From Blastocystis sp. Blastoise (taxonomy: Eukaryota > Protista > Bigyra: Opalinata), in the NCBI GenBank assembly GCA_039096225.1, contig JBBPEB010000030.1:372001-436000 (forward strand): DNA of 64,000 nt, written 5' to 3'. The position numbers and the translations under genes are program-made. Under the pieces are notes generated by a model. That model was not told where the DNA came from. It did not search any database and saw nothing but the letters and a program-made list of their open reading frames with translations. How positions within the stretch are numbered: position 1 is the stretch's first letter; each line of letters begins with the position of its first letter. Below, piece by piece: positions 56,482 to 64,000 of this stretch.

Positions 56482-56545
56482 TTAAACATTTTTTATATTT
56501 AATTATATATATATATATATATAATTAAATATAAAAAATGTTTAA
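56482..56545. repeat. Perfect 64-bp palindrome
   Basis: TTAAACATTTTTTATATTTAATT-(AT)9-AATTAAATATAAAAAATGTTTAA, checked base by base. Confidence 0.95.
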
Positions 56546-57548
56546 GTCTTAAAACTATATATATATTATTATTATAAACTTCATAGGATATCATTTCAAT
56601 ACTCTATATTGTTAACAATATACATAATTTCTTTTCTATTTCTTATTATATATATAAATAATTGCTCGTGTTTCCTTTATAAGTATATTCCTTTCTTTTT
56701 TCTTATTTAATTACTTTATTTTTATCCCTTGTAACCCATTGTTTTGTACTACTATTTCTATTTTATTGTTACAGATATTATTAGTTATATTTTTCTCTCT
56801 CTATTTATGTATATATAATTCTCATTTTTTTTTTAATTTTTTGATATATATATGTTTTTTCATTTTGCGTTAGTATATATTCCAATATAAAGTATTTGGT
56901 ATTTTATATAGTAAATCATAGCTACAAATCAAGTATTTTCTATATACTTTTTCTATACTTTAGAAATCATAGAGTGGTATCAATTATTATCCTTTTTATT
57001 CATATAAAATTATTATTGAAAAATAATTTTTGTATTTTATATATATATATATATATTTTTATTTTAACTGTAACATTTCTTTTATTGATAATTATATCCA
57101 TTAAGGTTTATTCTTTTTTCTATTCTTTTTATAAATTTACTGTTCAAATTATTTCTATTATTTGTTTATATATATATAATCATGTTACTGATATTTTTTT
57201 ATTATGTGTGTATAATTATTTGGTCTATTACTCTTCTATTTTTTTTCTAGATACTAAGTCAAACAATAATTAATGAACAGTCTTTTTTATATTCTCTTTT
57301 TTTTTCATTAATTTTCTTTTTTTTTCTCTTTCATTTTTCTTTTTCTACAGCATATTGCTTTTGTTACTTTTTTTATCTTTTTTTTTAATATAGAGTTTCG
57401 CTATTCTAATTTAAAGATCAAGATTTCACAATTTAGTCAACATTTCAACTTTAAAAATTTCCTGTTTACTTCATCAACAACACGGCATTCTTATAAAAAT
57501 CAAATTAAAACAAAATATTATAATTATAAAATATTGTATTTATATTCA

Positions 57549-58224
57549 ATGAGAATTTGGCATCAATATCTTATCAAATTATTACCAGATCAATGGCTTT
57601 TAGGTCAACATCGAGAAATCTGTGCTCTTCGTGGAAAAGGTTGGTTGAAAAAGCATCCATATATTAATTTTACATTTGAGCATCCAATTGAGAAGCTCAT
57701 AGCGTTTCATTTCTTTGTTCTTGAAGAATGCACAAAAAGAGGATTCGTCTGCGATTCACAATGGTTTGTCAAAAATTATAGAGGTCATCAAATAGGTATT
57801 GATCCTAATATATCAATTTCTTTGATTGATCAATATATAAACCAGATCACAAAATTGAAAAGTCCACTTTATGATGAATTTACAACCATTTACTTAGAAA
57901 AAGATATTACAGATCTAAACAAGCGAGTTCCAGAATATTGGCAAAAACATGACAAAAATAAAAAGGAAATTCCACTAAACCATACTTGGATTAAATTAGA
58001 ATCAGATCAATTTAAGTCACTATATCCTTATATGAAGAGTGAGCCAACAAAACATGATCATATTCGATCAACAGTATCGGGTAAAGGCTGGATTCCACCA
58101 AAAAAGAAGAAGAAAGTTCCTACTCAACAGAAAAAAATGAAACGAAAAAGAGTAGTATGTTTTTCTATATGTATATTACTATATGATTGTCAAATAGGAT
58201 GATGATGAAGAATATATTCCCTAA
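57549..58224 (+). CDS. TIGR02328-family / pyrimidine-dimer DNA glycosylase (T4 endonuclease V-like) protein with a basic C-terminal extension
   Basis: MRIWHQYLIKLLPDQWLLGQHREICALRGKGWLKKH...HFFVLEECTKRGF...NYRG follows the bacterial family pattern as I recall it. One 43-nt intron (58155-58197) gives the end DDDEEYIP*. Confidence 0.85.
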
Positions 58225-58762
58225 ACACCTTGAAAAAAGCATATTTAGATATCTAAGATGAAGACAGACATCTTAATAATGGCAGAAACATCGATTCAAC
58301 ATATTATGAATATAAATAAAGCTTGGTTGTTGGCAGCAAAAGTAAAAGAAATAGTAAAGAATAGTTATGTTAGCAAATAATGTCTACCCTTTTTTTTGAA
58401 AACACCATTAGAAGCGATAATCCGTATTTTTTCGTATTTTTTACCAAAATTTTGGTCGTTTTCATTATCTAAATTAATGGTTAACCAAAACCAGAAATTT
58501 CAGGAATTTTTTCTTTTAGCATACTTATGAAGAATCATTCGATAAAAAAATTTAGAATAATGTGTCATTACTTTGTCATATACTTTCTTCCAATCATAGT
58601 TGATTTGACTCATTCTTCATTTATATATGAATATATTCACGGGTTTTTCTTCATTCTTAATAAGAAAATCAGAATCCCCACGGATATTTCATTTAAAGCA
58701 CGAATGACAAAAATATATTGATAAGAGATACAAGAATCTATTTCTTTTCATTAGTTTTCAAA

Positions 58763-59104
58763 ATGGATGTACCTGTTATTTATAAAAAGCAATGTTGTAT
58801 CTGTGGGTCTACTCTCTCGTATCATTTTTATGGAACATCATGCCCAAACAATAAAACTGTTCAGTTCAAAGAGCCTGTCTACTTATTGAGAAACTCTAAA
58901 TGTGATTGCTATCCATTTATGGTTGGTGGAGACTGTGCTATATGTAAACGTTTCGTGTGTATGTCTGAGGAATGCAGTCGTTTTGATCCTGAAACACAGT
59001 ATATTTATATGGCTAACTCATATGTTATCTATTTTCATAATATACTATTCTCTTTTTTTATTTCTAGACAACGTTTCTGTATTGAACACGCTTATATGCA
59101 CTAA
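58763..59104 (+). CDS. Cysteine-rich DPF-motif (CDPF1-like) zinc-binding protein, 2 exons
   Basis: CCIC...YHFYGTSCP...EPVYLL...GGDCAICKRFVCMSEECS...RFC matches CDPF1 Cys spacing. Confidence 0.75.
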   Translation: MDVPVIYKKQCCICGSTLSYHFYGTSCPNNKTVQFKEPVYLLRNSKCDCYPFMVGGDCAICKRFVCMSEECSRFDPETQYIYMANSYVIYFHNILFSFFISRQRFCIEHAYMH

Positions 59105-59571
59105 AAGTTTATTATTCTTCATACATGCTTTGACGAGCGTAAGCATAACTATTTTACATTTTATATTCAATGAGTTATTAATATATAAATTGTCTTTATC
59201 TTCTTTTTTTATTATTATCATTCGAGTATGCTAGCTTTATACCTTTTGCTTATCACTATAACCAAGACACTCTTCTTCTTTATATTCTATTAAGGAATAT
59301 AAAGTGTTTTAGGTCCTATTATATATACTTTTTTAACTAGTGTTTTATATCTTGTTTCTGAATAGCTAATAAGTTTATTTATTAACTTTTATCTTTGTTA
59401 GTCTTTAATAAAGGCTTTCATGCGTTTTGGTTAATTCATTTATATAATAACAACACTTATTAACACTAACTATTCATTATAAAAATATGTATAAAACAGT
59501 GTTTTTTGCCATTTTTTTTTAATAAAAAAAACATTTTATTTCTCGTTATTTTAAGATTTCAAAAAAATAAA

Positions 59572-61138
59572 ATGAAATGTTTTATACAGGTTTTTGATAA
59601 GCACTATGATGTTGACTATGAAGAGTCTCATTCCTATGAACAATTCATTCAAGCCATTCAAGTATTTCATTATTTTGCCATAATTATTGATTTCTAAATA
59701 ATAGGATATTCTGAAGATTGATAAAAAATACTTTAAAGTACTTTCCTCAGATGGTATGCCATGTCAGACAGATCAAGATATTCAAAACAATTCAGATTTA
59801 TCTTTTATCGTAGTCATTGGAGTATTCACTATTACTTTTAGAGACAAATACATTCATTCATCCATCAAAATTGATACTTTTTTTCTTATACATAGATTTA
59901 TATAGATATACATATGTAGCTATGATGGAACATCCAGATTTATACCTATACATGAGTTAGACACATTCTTATCTCTTGAACAACAATATTTAGTATGTAT
60001 TTTTTTATTAATTTATTTTTCTATGGCTCTTTTAGATTGAATTCAATCATTTTTGTGCTTTTAAAAGTAATGGTCAAGAAATTGATATGAGTACTAATAT
60101 ATATCAATATATACAGAAGAATCAAGCATCAATATACGTACAAAAAGTATAACTCTATATTTTTATTTATATATATTCTATTATTCCCTAGATTGCTTCT
60201 ATTCCTCTTTCTGTTATCCATCTTATTACTCATGAAGAAATTCATGTTTGTGTTCCACAAAATAATGCATATTCGTCACTTATAGAATCTGTTCAACATG
60301 TATATTATATATATAATTATTTTACTTTATAACTCCTTATAATGTATATATATATAATATATATATATAGGTTATTGATTCACAATATATACCCATATTT
60401 CTGTATAATAACCAATATCTATCTCCTCTTTCTTCTTTTATACCGGATGCATATTCACGATTATATTACATTTGTGTATGTTTTCTTTTATTCTATATAA
60501 TTATTGTTTGTGTTTTTATAGATTCCATTTTATTTTTCTAAAAATTTGAGTATAGCAAATATATCTCACGCATGTATATATATAGTTTATTTTTTATATT
60601 AATATAACATTATAGTATTATTTTTGTTATTTATATGATTATTTATATATTTATATCCTATATTGTATTGATTGTAATTCACTTATACATATAGATCTTA
60701 GGGACAGCATCTCAACGAATTGTAACGACATTTATATACAATGTATATATATATATATATATATATTTGTTATTATTAATCATATATATATATATAGGGA
60801 AATGGAGTCCTACATATAGCATTCTTTCTGAGATTCTCGTTAACTCCTATAATCAGCTATATAAGGATATATATAGAATAGAAATCAGAGGTATTATATT
60901 ATATATTATATTCATATATATATATAGATGATATCACTACATTATGTACTTTTATTCAACCATCAATAATCACGGGAAATATAATACTTTATAAACTCTA
61001 TATTCCTCGTAAATAAATTATATATTTAGTATTATTATTATGATTATATAGTTCAATTATTTACAAATGATCAGTTAGTTGAATATATTACTTCCATATA
61101 TAAAATGACAAAAGATATTTACATTTATATTATATGTA

Positions 61139-61200
<62 letters not shown>

Positions 61201-62478
61201 TGATCATCTTACAAAAGCTGAAGACTATGATTTATATTTAAAACTTTATTCATTTATTATTAATAATGAACTAGTTTATCTATGTATATAATTATTTATG
61301 AACATATTAATATATATATATTTATACTGTTTTATAGCTCATCAATTTAGTCATTTATATCAAAAACATAATAACTGTATGTTTTATTTATTTATTATTA
61401 TTATTACTATTAATATTATTATTATATAGCATATATTCTTACTCCAGAAAATCGAATGATTGAATATACAAGTATATATTTTTATATTGCTTATATATAT
61501 ATGCATATATAGTGGATACTTCAGACAGAAACTCCTTCTTATCTCTCTATTCCTCTATATATGAACATACATATATATCTCTTGAAGAACTCAATTTATC
61601 TAGTATTTATATTCTATATATATATACTATATTATCTATATCAATATTAGATTTATCATTATCCCCGTCGTTATTTCATTATATTTACAACGCTATTATT
61701 GATAATCAACTTCTTAATCTAGTTACTATCAACTTATCAAGTATTCCATATATATATAATACTTTATACTTTTGTTTTGAATTTTATTGATTTATTACTA
61801 TATATATATATTTATTCGTCTTTATATTCTAATATATATATATATATATAATATACTCTAGATAATCAGCTAAGTGATGAAGGAGCCTTACTTATTGAAG
61901 ATATTATTTCCCGTGGTTATTTGAAAAATCTTGAAACTATTAAATATTATAGTATATCTATGATTATTCTTATTAGTATTATGTAATATAGATAATTCAA
62001 TTTCATTTCCCGCGATTAAACAACTCAATATTGCTATATATAAACGTATATTTAATCAAGAACCTGAAGAAGACAAAGATTTTAATTTTATTAAAGATTC
62101 CCATGGGAATCAGAGTAATCCTCATCCTATTCTTATTGAATGTCTTGAAACATGGTGTATATAATATTTTATAGTCTATATTAATAGTATACTTAATATA
62201 TATTATTTCTTTTACTAGGTAACTATATGGATCCCTCCAAAGATCTCTTATCCCTCATGTCTTCCCGCCTTATTTATCCCGCACTTTATTCATTAGAAAC
62301 AATCTCTATTGAAAGTATATATATTAGTTATGAAATATTTATAACATAAAAATTTATGAAAATATTTTATTATATATATATATATAGATGAAGACATTGG
62401 AGTAAATGGTGCTATTTATTTATATAAATGCATTTCCACGGGAATCCTACCCTTTTTATCGAATCTGACATTAAATAG

Positions 62479-62519
<41 letters not shown>

Positions 62520-62959
62520 ATATATATATATATAGATGTCAATCTTGGTGATAATGGTTATATATATATACATAAATTAATTTCTATGAACTGCTTAACA
62601 CATTTATCAACTCTAGAATTAAATAGTATATATATATAATAAGCTTATTATATTAATAATTATATACATATATATAATTTGACTACTCTATATATAATGT
62701 TATAGAGAATGAATTAACAGATCGATCTGTTGATTTATTAATAGAACAAATACAATTAGGGTGTCTTCCTCATTTATGTACCCTTACTCTTTATGGTATA
62801 TATATATATATATAAATAATAATATATAAATAATAATATATAGAATTATATTTCTATTAATATATAGATAATTCTATTTCCTTGTCATATCAAGAAAAAC
62901 TAATTGATTTATGCTGTAACAGAACACAACTCAATATATTTCATCTTTTATGTATATAC

Positions 62960-63036
<77 letters not shown>

Positions 63037-63223
63037 TATATTAATATATAGTATTTCATTTGCATGAAACAGAAGCTATTAAATATATTAATCATTTCGA
63101 GTCAATTCCCGCGAATATTCAGAATTTAACTATATCTAACAAAGAAGTGACTTCTAAGGATATTCCCTCGATTCTCATGGTTATTCGATATATTTATAAA
63201 TCACTTATAATACTTGATCTATC

Positions 63224-63293
<70 letters not shown>

Positions 63294-64000
63294 TTATATA
63301 TTTATTTATTTATATATAATTAACTATAGATAACACAATTGATGACGAAGGGGCGTGTCAGTTATTCACCTCACTGCCACTGTTTGTTCCTAATCTTAAA
63401 AAACTCAATCTCTCTTGTATATATTATATATATAATAGTAAACTACAAATATATATGTTTATAGATAATAATATTACAGATAAAGGAATATCCGTATTTA
63501 TGAATAGTTATTCCCGCGGGAATTACAATGTGTTAGATTCCTTTACTATTTATGGTATATATTGTTTTATTACATTATTATATTGGCTATTATTATAATT
63601 ATTAATTCATTATTATTATTATATAGGCAATATGCTTACAGAGAACAAGGAGCACGAACTCAAAATACTATTCCAAGGAACACAGATACACTATCTCTCT
63701 ACTTCAGATATGTACTGTATGCTATTTATCTAGTTTCAATTATTTCTCTTTTTCCCTATTTCTCTGTTTCCCTAGTAGAACAATATCCCGAAGCCACTGA
63801 TTTCATTCATTATATATATGATACAATTAATATATATACTAATTCTATTATTGACTTAAAAGGTATATATATATCAATTATTGTTTATCATTAAATTATA
63901 ATGAAATAAAAATATCATTCTATATATATAGGTCATTTATATAATGAATATATTCCTATGTTTACTCACTTTATAACCACGGAAATATTAGATAATATCA
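59572..64000 (+). CDS. Intron-dense leucine-rich-repeat protein (RI-like LRRs); 3' end lies outside the window
   Basis: LEELNLS, LVTINLSNNQLSDEGA, LKKLNLS.NNITDKG. Many short exons, with LRR exons of 87-90 nt. Confidence 0.8.

Overview
This is eukaryotic nuclear DNA, very AT-rich, with dense intron-rich genes. Many introns are 24-45 nt; many others are (TA)n- or (AAT)n-expanded GT-AG introns. That style, plus a TLDc gene and a bacterial-type gene, would fit an AT-rich gut stramenopile such as Blastocystis, but this is inference only. About 21 protein-coding loci can be traced by splicing by eye, so CDS coordinates are whole-gene spans and internal exon borders are approximate. Recognisable genes: PRP22/DHX8, NF-YC, CNOT1, an AMBRA1-like WD40 protein, a HAD phosphatase-ThiE fusion, a Rab1/8-type GTPase, coilin-like, calpain-7/PalB, a TLDc protein, a TIGR02328/endonuclease V-like gene (probable lateral transfer, with an added NLS-like tail), CDPF1-like, and a long LRR gene built from 90-nt exons. 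The main accessory content is an unrecognised family of six-cysteine type I membrane proteins (6 full genes plus a fragment). They lie in two oppositely oriented clusters linked by a near-identical 1.77 kb inverted duplication. Their introns show a presence/absence mosaic, and one intron looks newly born from a TA-microsatellite expansion inside coding sequence. No tRNA, rRNA, CRISPR or transposase was found.
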